DNA of 63,842 bases from Octopus bimaculoides (Eukaryota): contig NC_068988.1 in NCBI RefSeq assembly GCF_001194135.2, positions 53,660,851 through 53,724,692 of the forward strand, read 5' to 3'. Position 1 is the stretch's first letter. Each line of letters starts with the position of its first letter. Below, piece after piece: positions 49,268 through 60,899 of this stretch. The translations under genes and the position numbers were made by a program. The notes beneath the pieces are model-generated. The model saw only the letters and a program-made list of their open reading frames with translations, was not told the origin of the DNA and did not search any database.

Positions 49268-51372
49268 AATTGTCCCTACCTCATAGGGACAACTCACACC
49301 ACTAAGTAGCACAATAAAAATGACAAGTAACCCATTAACTTGAACTGCTGGATTCAACTTCTCATGTGGGCATGGAAAATGCAATGCGAACACTCCACCA
49401 TATATATATATATATACATGTAGGCTCTTATTAAACTACTGTCCATCTCAAAACACACTTTTTCTTAGCTGCACCCATGTAAAAACAAGGTTAAAAAGGC
49501 CACATCCATAATTTTCCTGTCACACATTTTTTTCTCTTTAATTGCGGGGTAAGGCTGGGTACCCATAGCATTTTTAGAACCTCTTAAACTACAATTTAGA
49601 GACAGTTGGGGAAATTAACTTTATTGAGTCTATGTCTAGATCCTAGTTTCTCCCTAGAACTTCCCATTTCTGGATCTTCCTACCACTCCTTGTTTTTCTC
49701 AATTACATCAAATTCCATTTATTTATTGTTTCCATTTATCTACACACTACTTTTCGTTGTATTTGTATAGAATGACATGATAGAAGTGAAATTTTGGACA
49801 GATGATGTTAGCATTGTGTCACTGTTGTAAGAGACTGACTGCCTGGCAGTTGAAAAGAGACAGTTTGTCTCTTCACACTTCTCTCTGAATCATTTGATAG
49901 AGAGAAATGAGATGAAAATGTGGCTAGCCTCATTTTCAACTCATAGTTTAGTAAAGGTGATAAAAATTTTTTGAATTTCCAATATTTTTGGTGATATTTT
50001 CACAACACTTTTATGTGATATAAAATAGGAATTGACACAAGGAAGCAGAGGGAGGCAGGAAGAAAGATTTTTATTTGTGTAATTGACTTACTAAAACTCA
50101 TGTTAGTAACAGATAAATTGGGAAATATTTATCTGAGAATTTTAAGATCCCTTGTTTCCTAACAGAAAAAAAAGACATTTAGACTGTTAACTAACCTTTT
50201 CTAATCTATTCTATTTTTATTTTTCATTGATTTAGTCTCCATTCATTACAAGACAGTGACACACACACACATATATGTAAAGCTAAGATCCAAGGACCAA
50301 GGTGCAGGAAGTTAGTAAGCTTCGAGCAGTCCGTAGAAGGTATAAAAAAACAACTTTCAGGAACAATAATGGTTCATTGATGTAGAAGGTTGTAAATTTT
50401 TCCCATACTGAAGTTCGATAAGCTGAAAACTTCATTTGATTAAGGCATCTTTGGCCCAATGTGTAGCTAGCGGATTACCCCTCGTTTGGGTAATTACTAC
50501 ATCTGAGGCTCTGCCAGCTATGAAACATATGTAGCCTGGTTTTTATCTACTCCTTCCCTAATTTTGGATATATATATATGATGATATATCATGATATATC
50601 TAAGCTGGGACTAAATCCCCAAATTTCTTTACATAAGGCTCAATATTTTGACCTAATAAAACATGAACTAGTACGTAATTTTTTTGTTTTACTCCAAATT
50701 GAAATTTGGATCACAAAGATAATAAAAACATATGTCAATGAATGCTCAGACTTAATCAATTCTAAGGATAAGAGAAAAGTTCTGGTTGTATTGAAAGTCT
50801 TTAGCAGTGGAAGCATAACAGTATCAATTAGTAATAAATCCTAGTACACAGACTCAGTTTCCCAACAGTTGAAGAAATTCTTTCTTTTATTAATAACCAG
50901 ACTAATCCCAGATTATCTATCACACCCATTAGTCTAACAATATAATTAATAATAAAAATAATAAAGATTAAGCACTAAAGAATAAGCACTAAACCATAAA
51001 TTTTGGAGGTGGGAATAAATCAATCCAGCATTTGACTGGTGCGTTATTTTGTTGATTTTTGAAAAATGAAGGATAAAATTGGTCTTGGTGGGATTACATG
51101 TATTCCTTTTATCTTTGGATTTTGCTTAGACCATATATTTACAACTATATATATATATATATATACTCATTTATTGTGCTTTTAATTATTAATTTTTCTA
51201 TATGTGACAGTGGATTTTCATCGATGAGTTCATGAACCTTGGTTCTTTTCCCTAAAACTATATATTTATATATATTTTACTCTGTGAAACTTAATTTAAT
51301 TTTAATTTTTAATAAATTGATTTTAATTGAGTTTTTACCTGTAATTTTGGATTTTATCCCTAATATTATTAT

Positions 51373-51443
<71 letters not shown>

Positions 51444-53152
51444 GGAATATATATATGGTATATGTTTAATACATTTATATTACATATATTCTTTGAGAGA
51501 ATCATCCTACCTTACTAAATCACAGCTTACCAGCAAACAAGCAAAGGATATACATTGAGTATGTGTGGTTGATAATGTTTACAACACTGGATTTATTTTG
51601 ATTCTACAAATAATAATAATAATAATAAATCCTGAAATTTGGTGGGGTGGGGGCAGACTGATTACCTCGACACCAGAGCTCAAGCGGGTACTTATTTTAT
51701 TGACTCCAAAAGGATGAAAAGTAAAGTCCAACCATGGCAGAATTTGAACTCAGAACAGAAAGATGTATGAAATGTTGCAAAGTATTTTGTCTGATGTAGT
51801 AATGATTCTTCCAGTTTGCTACCTTATCAATAATAACAACAACAATAATCTTTTCTGATATTGACACAAGGCCAGCAGTTCTGAGGTAGAGAGAGTAAGT
51901 TGATTATATTGAACCCCAGTGCTTAATTGGTACTTATTTTATCAACTCTGAAAAGATGAAAAGCAAAGTCAGCCTCTGCAGAATTTGAACTCTGAATGTC
52001 AAGACAAATGAAATACTGCTGCTAAGCATTTTGTCCAGCATGCTAACGATTCTGCCAGCTTGCTACCTTGATAATAATGATACTAATGATGATGATAATG
52101 ATGAGGATTTCTAATTTAGGTACAAGGCCAGTAATTTTGAATGTTAGAGAATAGTCAATACCATAATCCTCAGTGGTTGACTGGGTACCTTATTATGTAT
52201 AATCACCCCAGTGTGATGAAAGAAAATGGTGACTTCGGTGGGATTTGAAGACAGAACACAAAAATCCAAAAGAAATGCCACTAAGCATTTTTTTCCGATG
52301 CTCAAACAATTCTGTCAGCTTGCTGGCCTTTCATTATAATCTCAGTGCAAAACCAACAATTTTAAGGGGTACTTGACAGGTAATTTATTTCATTGATATT
52401 GGAAAGATGATAAGGTAAGTTGATCTTGGTGAGAATTTGAACTCAGAACCTAATAAGCATTTTCTTTGAAATTTCAACAATTCTACCAATCCACCACTCC
52501 AATAATAATAACCTTTTCTACTCTAGACACAAGGCTCAATATTTTGGGGGAGGGGGCCAGTCAATTAGATCGATCGCAGTATGCAACTAGTACTTAATTT
52601 ATTGACCCCGAAAAGATGAAAGGCAAAGTCGACCTTGGTGGAATCTGAACTCAGAACGTAACGACAAATGAAATGCCGCTAAGCATTTCACTCGGTGTGC
52701 TAATGTTTCTGCCAGCTCACCACCTTAACCCGAATAATAATAATAATAATAATTCTTTCTACTATAGGCAAAAGGCCTGGAATTTGAGGTAGGGTGGGTG
52801 GGGTCGATCACATCGACTCCCAGTATTTGACTGGTACTTAATTTGTCAGCCCTGAAAGGATGAAAGGCAAAGTCAACCTTGGTGGAATTTGAACTCAGAA
52901 TGTAAAGACAGACGAAATGCCGCTAACCATTTTACCCAATGTGCTAAGGATTCTGCCAGCTTGCCACCTAATAATAATAATAACAACAATAATAATCCTT
53001 TCTGCTATAGGCACAAAATCTGGAATTTTGAGGAAGGGGACTGATCGATTACTTTGACTCTAGTGTGTGACTGCTACTTATTCTATCAACTGCAACAAGA
53101 TGAAAGGCAAAGCTGAACTCAGAATGTAAAGATGGATGAAATGCCTCTAAGC

Positions 53153-53459
53153 CAGTGATACCCAATGTCAAGCATGTGCCCCACTGGTGGGGCCTGGAAA
53201 ATTTTTGGTGGGCTGTGGGACTCAAATTTTTTTCTTTTTTAGTGGGACATGGAATTGCCAAAATTTTTTTCTGAGTGAATAATATACTTTTTTTTGTACT
53301 CACTACTTAATAAAAGAGTTACTGGTAGATTCTTTTTTTTATTAAATAATTGATAAAATATTAAAAATAAAGTTGCTTTTTTAACCAACCACTGGTGGGG
53401 CATACATTTTTCTGGTAAGTTATAGTGGGGCCTGGGGGAAAATAGATTGGGAAACACTG
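53153..53459. mobile_element. hAT MITE nested in a SINE C copy
   Basis: TIRs CAGTGATACCCAA...TTGGGAAACACTG; TSD CTCTAAGC/CTCTAAGA; the SINE resumes seamlessly on both sides. Confidence 0.85.
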
Positions 53460-53534
53460 CTCTAAGACATTCTGCCTGTCATGCTAACAATTCTGCCAGC
53501 TTGCTGCCTTAATAATAACAACAACAATAAAAAC

Positions 53535-53586
<52 letters not shown>

Positions 53587-53590
<4 letters not shown>

Positions 53591-53910
53591 GGATACTAAA
53601 TATGGAGACCTGAGAATTGAGATCGCTAAGATGTGGCAGCTACAAGAGTTAAACATAAAGGTTATCCCTATTATCATTGGAACATTGGGTTCAATACTAC
53701 CCAAACTGAAAAAAAACATCTGAAAACCTTAGAAATACCCTACAATCTAGATGCATTGCAAAAGTCGGCATTGCTTGGAACTGCACACATATTGCATAAA
53801 ATACTGTCTGTCTGAGGTCCTTGTTGTGACTTGACAAACAGTACAAACCCCCGGTAGACTCAATATCTTCTATCAACAACCTCACGATACTGTATACTGT
53901 GCAATGGCTA
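53587..53910 (+). mobile_element. 5'-truncated R4/Dong-like RLE retrotransposon inserted in (TAA)n
   Basis: KYGDLRIEIAKMWQ...KVIPIIIGTLGSI / LQKSALLGTAHILHKILSV* (one frameshift), the RLE-clade C-terminus; short 3' UTR; (TAA)n on both sides. Confidence 0.85.
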
Positions 53911-54482
53911 TAATAATGATGATAATAATAATAATCCTTTCTACTAAGAGGCACAAGGCCTGAAATAACATTTCTCCCAATGCTCGACTGCTACTTATTT
54001 TATCGACCCTGTAGGATTGAAAAGCAGCAGATTCAACCTGTCCAGTATTTGAACTCAGAATGTAAAGCCTGAAGAAGTCCCACTATATATTTTGTCTGGC
54101 ATGCTAATGATTCTGTCAGCTTGGTAACTTTATAATGACGATAATAATAAACTCAACAAGTCTACTATTTCCATGAAGCTGTAAGAACTATTCTGTTAGT
54201 ATAATCACCAGGGTTACAATGGGTGTCTTGGGTATTGATATCTGTGATGTGCGTGTGTGTGTGTGTGTGTGTGTGGGTGTGTGTGTGTGTGTGTGTTTGC
54301 ATATATGGATGAATTATAGCTGGGCATGCATAGATATAGAAAAGTACTTGTGAAAATATAGAAACTATTCCAGGTAATGCAGGTAACCATAGTTACACAT
54401 GGAATGTATGTATCTGGGAATGCGTGGCCATGCAAAGTTATGGGTAGATAATTGAGGGGGTTGTGCAAGATGTGTACATACG

Positions 54483-54518
<36 letters not shown>

Positions 54519-54566
54519 TACATACATCATCAGTCCATATATCAGAAAAAGAAGCATACTCTAAAG

Positions 54567-54862
54567 CAGGGGTTTTCAAACTGTGGTCCCCAGACCACAG
54601 GGGGTCCGCAAGGACAAGACAGGGGGTCTGTGGATAGCAAATACTTTTTATGGGCAATTTGATTTTATATATGTTTTTAATCGAAATCTTTTAATTGACA
54701 ATAAACTTATTTGCTAAATACTGTAAAATAAATAAATGTAAAAATATATGTTATTTTAAGCAAATATTTATGTATAAATTTCATAAGCGTTTATAAGGGG
54801 GTCCCTAAGGTAAAGTCTGAAATATAAAAGGGTCCGCAAGTCAAAAAGTTTGAAAACCCCTG
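54567..54862. mobile_element. hAT (Charlie-like) MITE
   Basis: Perfect 16-bp TIR CAGGGGTTTTCAAACT/AGTTTGAAAACCCCTG; TSD CTCTAAAG/TTCTAAAG. Confidence 0.9.
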
Positions 54863-54908
54863 TTCTAAAGCATTAGAGAAGTGATGAATTTTTTTTTTTT
54901 TAGAACTT

Positions 54909-55090
54909 AAAAGTTATGGTTGGTCATAGAGTAACCATTGGTTTCACACATATAAAGAGTTATGTATTTCTTCCCTTAGTTCTAGAGCAGTTACACATCT
55001 TCAGCTATTTGAGTCTGATGAGTTGCCTATATTGTAAAGTGCTTAAAAGATGTGAAACCAATGGTCAATGTATGACCGGCCATAACTTTT
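54909..55090. mobile_element. Short MITE with ~40-bp imperfect TIRs
   Basis: AAAAGTTATGGTTGGTCATAGAGTAACCATTGGTTTCACA (54909-54948) is the inverse of TGTGAAACCAATGGTCAATGTATGACCGGCCATAACTTTT (55051-55090); superfamily unassigned. Confidence 0.7.
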
Positions 55091-55738
55091 GACTCCTTAA
55101 TATATATACATATATATTTGCAGAGAGAGTGTGAGAGAGAGAGAGAGACACCCCAGTGTGTGTATATATCATATCAGTATTGGTGGGTATATATTAATAT
55201 CACTTTGCATACAATAGAAAAGCTATTTAGTAAGTATCAGATCCTTGAAATTGTTAACACACCCTGAATACAAACATCTAGAATCTGACAGAGATTATTT
55301 AGAAACATTGATGAAGCTTGTGATTACACACATACACACAGAGAAGCATATGATTATTAATAGCGTTGTCATCTTACCTATGACTAGGTATTTAGATTCG
55401 TTTGTGCCACATTCATAGCAGCAGATAAAAAAACTGTTAATGTTAATTTTTTCAGATGTTTCTTAATTGCAGTTGGTACAATACAGAATTTCATTTCTGT
55501 TAGAAATGAAGAAGAGATAACATGTGAAATATGTCAGCATTCTTAACCAATCAAAGCATACAAATATCCATACATATGCCATACATATTAGTGACATGTA
55601 ACATACATACAACATGCATACATTTATATACAAGAGACACTGCATACTCGTATGCGTGCATTCTGAAACCTTCGTAGAAAAGACATTAGAAAGACATTTG
55701 AAGTAAGATAGAAACATACAAGATGTCAGCTAGTTTTG

Positions 55739-55949
55739 CTAAGAATTTAAACAAGTCTCTTGTTCTGCATTATTTTGGTTTGATTCCTGCTTTGCTAATC
55801 GAGTTTGTAGAGCCAGACCTCTACAGGGGTAACACTTGGGGAAAAGTGTAGTGGTTAAGAAGATAAGAACACATATCCAACTTGATATTAGTTTTACCCA
55901 GACTGCAGGCCAGTTGAGTCCAAATTTAACCAGATCTGTCTCATCGGGT
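55739..55949 (-). CDS. SERINC: Serine incorporator (SERINC family), terminal coding exon
   Basis: Acceptor TTTTTAACAG|A, phase 2; PDETDLVKFGLNWPAVWVKLISSWICVLIFLTTTLFP matches the SERINC last-TM motif W.AVWVK..SSW; stop TAG 55739-55741. Paralog not assignable. Confidence 0.92.
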
Positions 55950-56232
55950 CTGTTAAAAACAATAGAAAGCAAAATATGTTATGCATAACAACAACAAAAA
56001 GTTTGAATAATCTGTTGAAGATAAAGAGAAGCTAAGATTTGAAACTAGTTAATTCTCCATTATAGTTGACCTGTTAGTTGCAACACAAATGGTTAACCTA
56101 ACTTCTGACAAGAAAATTGCATGCATTTAAGCACCAGTGAAAACATTAAAAAAAAATATTATGAGCAAACAAGGATTTCTGCTACATGATTGCTAGAAAT
56201 AACAGCTAATTTCTCATTGGCTCAATAGCAAA

Positions 56233-56480
56233 TATGATGATGGTAACGATGATGGTAGTGATGGTGAGGTGGTTGACGGTGGAAAGGTTGACGGTGGTGA
56301 GGTTGACAGTGATGAGGTTGACGGTGGTGGCGATGAGGATGATGGTAATGATGGTGGTGATGATGATAGTGAGGATGGCAGTAGTGATGATGAGGGTAGT
56401 ATTGATGGCAGTGGTAGTGACGACAGTGTTGATGACAATAGTAATGGTAATGATGATGATGACAACGATGGTGATGAATC
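56233..56480. repeat. Cryptic (GAT/GGT)n low-complexity tract in the SERINC last intron
   Basis: Trinucleotide-derived, with a 15-bp GTTGACGGTGGTGAG subrepeat. Confidence 0.85.
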
Positions 56481-56531
56481 AACATAACTAAGAAAAATAA
56501 AAGAAGGAAATAAAGCACACAATGGTCTTAC

Positions 56532-56670
56532 CTGTGCCAGTTAGTCAACTGCATCATGATGTAAAGACTGGCAAAAGAGAAAACTAAGTGGAAAAATGAA
56601 TAACTGTAGATGACACCAGTAGCTTCATTGTAGATTACCTGTTGTCCTCCAAAGTCTGTCGGGTTAAAAC
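56532..56670 (-). CDS. SERINC: SERINC family, penultimate coding exon
   Basis: TTCTAG|GT acceptor, phase 1; [45 protein letters not shown] contains the SERINC hallmark YSYSFFH...ASLY.MM.LT.W; donor AG|GTAAGA, phase 2. Confidence 0.95.
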
Positions 56671-57218
56671 CTAGAATGAATGAATGAATAAATAAATAAA
56701 TAAAACACATGAATGAATAACTGGAAGGATGAATGGAATAGATATAGAGACATATAAGCCTTGTGAATGAATTTGTTAATTGGAAACTGAAAGCCTATCC
56801 AGTAAAGTGGTTGGCATTAGGAAGGGCGTCAAACTGTAGAAACCAAGCCAAAACAGACTAAGGAACTTGGTGTGCTCCCTGGCCCTGCCAGTTCTAGTCA
56901 AGCCATCCAACCCATGCCAGCATGGAAAATGGGCGTTAAATGTTGATGATGAGATGATGGTGCGTGAGTGTGTGTGTGACTCCTTGACTTGACATCAGAT
57001 GGTAGTTGTAAATGAGTATCACTGTCATACAAGCAGTGTCATTTGTTTCCAGTGTTCTGCAAGAAAAATGTCCGGAGAAATATTACTTTCCTTGGAAACA
57101 GGTGATGGTTGGTGACAAGAAGGGCATCTGGCCATAGAAAATTTGCTTCAAATATACTCTGTCCAACCCATGCACGCATAATAAAGTGGATGTTATATGA
57201 TGTTGACAATGTTGCTGT

Positions 57219-57254
<36 letters not shown>

Positions 57255-57584
57255 CGATGACGATGACGATGAAAGAGCATGCTAAGAACAGAGACAGGTA
57301 AATAGTAGAAAAAGATCTAATAATAAGAATCTAGAACATGAGTCATTCCTTTAGTGCAGTTCACTCTATTACAAACATCAAGACCATACCTCTGATTTGT
57401 ACATAGCACAGTCTCATCTTTATTTGTTTTAAAGATATTTCTGAATATGTATAAATAATGTCTGCATGTAAAATGATGTCATCAGTTTAAAAGTATGTTA
57501 TTTTAGATACATCAGCAAGAAGTTTGGTGACACAAAAAGAAAGACTGTCAAAGAATTGGAAAGAAAATTTTTTTTTAGGTGAAA

Positions 57585-57842
57585 GAGATGCAGTCAACAC
57601 TGTTAGGTGGTTGGCTTTTGGAAGGACATCCAGCAGTAAAAACTAGGCCAAAACTGACCTTGCCTGTTCTTGTGCCATGTAAAAAGCAGTCAGTACACTC
57701 TGCTGGGTGGTTGGTGTTAGGAAAGGTATCCAGCCATAAAAACCCTGCCAAAACAGACACGGAAATCTGGTGCAGGCTTCTGTCAAACAGTCCAACACAT
57801 GCTGGCATTGAAAGTGGACGTTAGATGATGATGGCGATGATG
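57585..57842 (+). mobile_element. SINE family B-related, diverged
   Basis: GGAAAGGTATCCAGC core and (GAT)n tail; a similar fragment lies at 56800-56960. Confidence 0.65.
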
Positions 57843-58091
57843 TAGAAGTAGAAATGGCTATCTCCCATTCTGTTATTGCAATCTTAAGCAAAAATGTTTG
57901 ATCTATTGATCACTAAAAAGTAATTATTTGAAAACAACAGAATATTATTGTTGTGATCTCTTTATAATAAGAACTAACCAAATACTGGGGTAAATATAAT
58001 TAATTACACCCTTAATAATGGTGCTGCAGAATGGCCACAGTCTAATGACTGAAAAACGTATAAGAATGAAGGAATATGTGGTCAATATTTA

Positions 58092-58503
58092 TCTTTTATC
58101 TTTTCTACTTGTTTCAGTCATTGGACTGTGGCCTTTAAGAGTTTTGTTCAAACAAAAATCAACCCCGGTACTTATTTTCTTAAGTCTTGAACTTATTCTA
58201 TCATTCTCTTTTGCCAAACCATTAAGCTACTGGGATAAAACAAACCAACACCAATTGCCAAGCTGTAGTGGGGTTACAAGCACATACATATATTCAAACA
58301 CAGACACAAATACACAAACATACACAAATGCACACACAGATATATATATGACATGCTTCCACACAGTTTCTGTCTACTGAATTCATTTGCTAGGTATTAA
58401 TTGTCCCAGGTCAATAGTAGAAGATATTTTCCCAAGGTACTGCATAGTGGGAATGAACCTGAGACTATGTGGTTGCAAAGAGAGTTCCTTAACCACACAG
58501 TTA
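58092..58503 (-). mobile_element. SINE family A, diverged
   Basis: Reverse complement is colinear with family A. Confidence 0.75.
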
Positions 58504-59136
58504 TGTTGCTATGAAAGCAATAAGATAAAATCTGAAGGGAGATAACCGATGGATATCATTCATCTGCTTTGTTTTATGGTACACCAATGTAAACTTCTAC
58601 TTTCCTTATTTCAAGTCTAACTCCTGTCAATGAAGACCTTTACTGCCCTATTGATTTTAGGGATTGTCCCTATCAAGGAAATATTTGCATTTGATGGAAG
58701 CTTATTTTTGCTATAAAGTGTGGTTATGTATTTCGTTTTTGGATTTGGTTTGCAAGACAGAACGCAACGTGAATAACGGACAGAGTCAAGACTATTGAAA
58801 AGGTTGCAAGACGCAACGAAAATTTTAGGAAAATAAAAAAATAATAAGTGGAAACTTTAACGGTGAGTGAGTTAAATTTTAAGGCACGATAAGAAAATGA
58901 CTCTCCCCAGACACAACAGAGTGTGATTATGTAGTTATACGCATTACTATCAGTGTTGACCTTATATGCAAAGCTGAGTAATACTTGAGCCACACAGCTT
59001 AGTCCTTGTTGCAGTGTGGTGGTTTGTGTGCTTCAATGACCCAGGGAGTTATTCCAATGAAGTGCAAGCTCCTGGCAGGGCCTCCCATGCTGGGCAGGTC
59101 AAAGGATTGAGGATAGACTAATATGGATCATATGAT

Positions 59137-59410
59137 GAAGGTGCATGGCTAAGTGGTTAGCGTCTCAAGCCCATAATCATGAGGTAGTGACTTTGGTTCT
59201 CGGACCAGGCTGTGTGTTGTGTTCTTGAGCAAGACACTTTATTTCCCATTGCTTCAGTTCACACAGCTGAAGAAATGAGTTATGACGTCACTGGTTCCAA
59301 GCTGTATTGGCTTTTGCCTTTCCTCTGGATAACAGCAATGCATGGGTGACTGCTGGTCTTCCATAAACAACCTTGCCTGGACTTGTGCCTTGGAGGGTAA
59401 CTTTCTAGGT
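59137..59410 (+). mobile_element. tRNA-derived SINE (family D-like head) within an RTE-like non-coding repeat (about 59040-59650)
   Basis: TGGCTAAGTGG A-box and CTTGAGCAAGACAC core; the downstream flank ends TGGCCTATGTTCCCATAGGAAGTGAAGGGCTTAA, an RTE-like 3' tail. Confidence 0.55.
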
Positions 59411-59892
59411 GCAATCCCATGGTCATTCATGGTCTTTAATATGGATCACCTCTTTCTAGAGGTAAAAATGGATTGCATAGGGCCAACAACCCTGCTTAGA
59501 AAAATGCAAAGTTACAGAAACATTGATGAGAATTCAAAACCAATAGGACTGGGAGAGAAAGGCCTTTCCTCAGGGAAACGGTAACCCAGAGTTGAGGACA
59601 GTGGAGAAAAGTTGTCAGTGGCCTATGTTCCATAGGAAGTGAAGGGCTTAAATGAGTGAATGTAACTTAACTGAAGATCATCAGTTATGAATCATTGGTT
59701 GCTTTCGGATCAAACAATCCATGGTACATCTTTGTTTACTGCTGAAATCAGCTCTTTAATGTGTACAAACTAGAAATCTTTCTTGCACATTAACTACATT
59801 CTGAATGATCTTTGAATTGCAGTGGGATACAGATAACTTTAATAGATTTGTCTTTGAGAAAGAACTAAGTATCTCATGGACAAGACTGCTTT

Positions 59893-60095
59893 CATCATCA
59901 TCATCATCATCATTTAATATCCATATTCCATTCTGGTATGGGTTGGATGGTTTGACAGGATCTGATAGGTCCAAGGACAGCATCATGCGCCGATGTCTGC
60001 TTTGGTATGGTTTCTATAGCTAGTTGACCTTCCTAATATTGACTGCTTTGCAATATGTAGTGGATGTTCTTTTTCAGATCACTGGTGCCAGTAAG
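59893..60095 (-). mobile_element. SINE family B-related, diverged
   Basis: (CAT)n followed by the reverse complement of the family B 3' end and core. Confidence 0.6.
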
Positions 60096-60108
60096 CTTGT
60101 CATGCAGC

Positions 60109-60539
60109 TTGCAAGACTACAAACCCCAAGTGGTGGTTTTCAAGACTACGAACCCCAAGTGGTGGTTTGCAAGACTACGAACCTCAAGTGGTGGTTTGCA
60201 AGACTACGAACCTCAAGTGGTGGTTTGCAAGACTACGAACCTCAAGTGGTGGTTTGCAAGACTACGAACCTCAAGTGGTGGTTTGNNNNNNNNNNNNNNN
60301 NNNNNNNNNNNNNNNNNNNNNNNNNNNNNNNNNNNNNNNNNNNNNNNNNNNNNNNNNNNNNNNNNNNNNNNNNNNNNNCTCAAGTGGTGGTTTGCAAGAC
60401 TACGAACCTCAAGTGGTGGTTTGCAAGACTACGAACCTCAAGTGGTGGTTTGCAAGACTACGAACCTCAAGTGGTGGTTTGCAAGACTACGAACCTCAAG
60501 TGGTGGCTTGCAAGACTACAAACCTCAAGTGGTGGTTTG
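60109..60539. repeat. 29-bp minisatellite (GCAAGACTACGAACCTCAAGTGGTGGTTT)n
   Basis: About 11 visible near-identical units, no spacers; 93-N gap at 60286-60378. Confidence 0.97.
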
Positions 60540-60862
60540 GGTGGAGTAGTTGGCTTTATGCTAAGAAGGTAGTGGTTAAAGTATGCGAGAAAAGGGTGGC
60601 TATGACAGAAGGAGAATTAATCAAAGCAATTTTTAAAATTAAAAATCTGAAAAAAAATACTTGAATCCAACTGAAATGTTTGGGGGAAAATTCCTTATTT
60701 GATAAAGCTTAATCATGAGATTACCAAGTTATCTAATGTAACATCTGCACCAGAGATATCTTATTTTGCTACAAACTGTATGCATGTCTGGGTATCTGTA
60801 GTAGTATATAACAGTCATGATATGAAAGAGAATAAAAAATAAGATGAAATTGTAAAACTTAC

Positions 60863-60899
60863 GGTTTTTATAGCAACAACAACATGAAGTTTCTTCAGA
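60863..60899 (-). CDS. SERINC: SERINC family, 37-nt microexon (SEETSCCCCYKN)
   Basis: Long polypyrimidine tract + TTTCCAG| acceptor and C|GTAAGT donor. The phase 1 end joins exon 56670 in frame. The Cys cluster sits where SERINC5-like proteins have CCxC in the large intracellular loop. Confidence 0.8.

Larger units (their letters stand above)
51630..54135 (-). mobile_element. Array of 8 head-to-tail SINE family C copies
   Basis: B-box reverse complement (GAATTTGAACTCAGAA or variant) near 51740, 51980, 52243, 52433, 52641, 52885, 53113 and 54047; units separated by (AAT)n. Confidence 0.85.

Noticed and set aside
56214-56522. Ser/Pro-, His- and Asp/Gly-rich ORFs
   Set aside because: Low-complexity trinucleotide tract open in many frames, inside a SERINC intron.
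58724-58993. Hydrophobic minus-strand ORF as a further SERINC exon
   Set aside because: No SERINC motifs or fitting splice sites; the microexon already joins in frame to exon 56670.
60109-60539. CRISPR array / repetitive protein ORFs
   Set aside because: Units are directly adjacent with no unique spacers, no cas genes are present, and the context is eukaryotic; ORFs simply cycle through the 29-bp unit.
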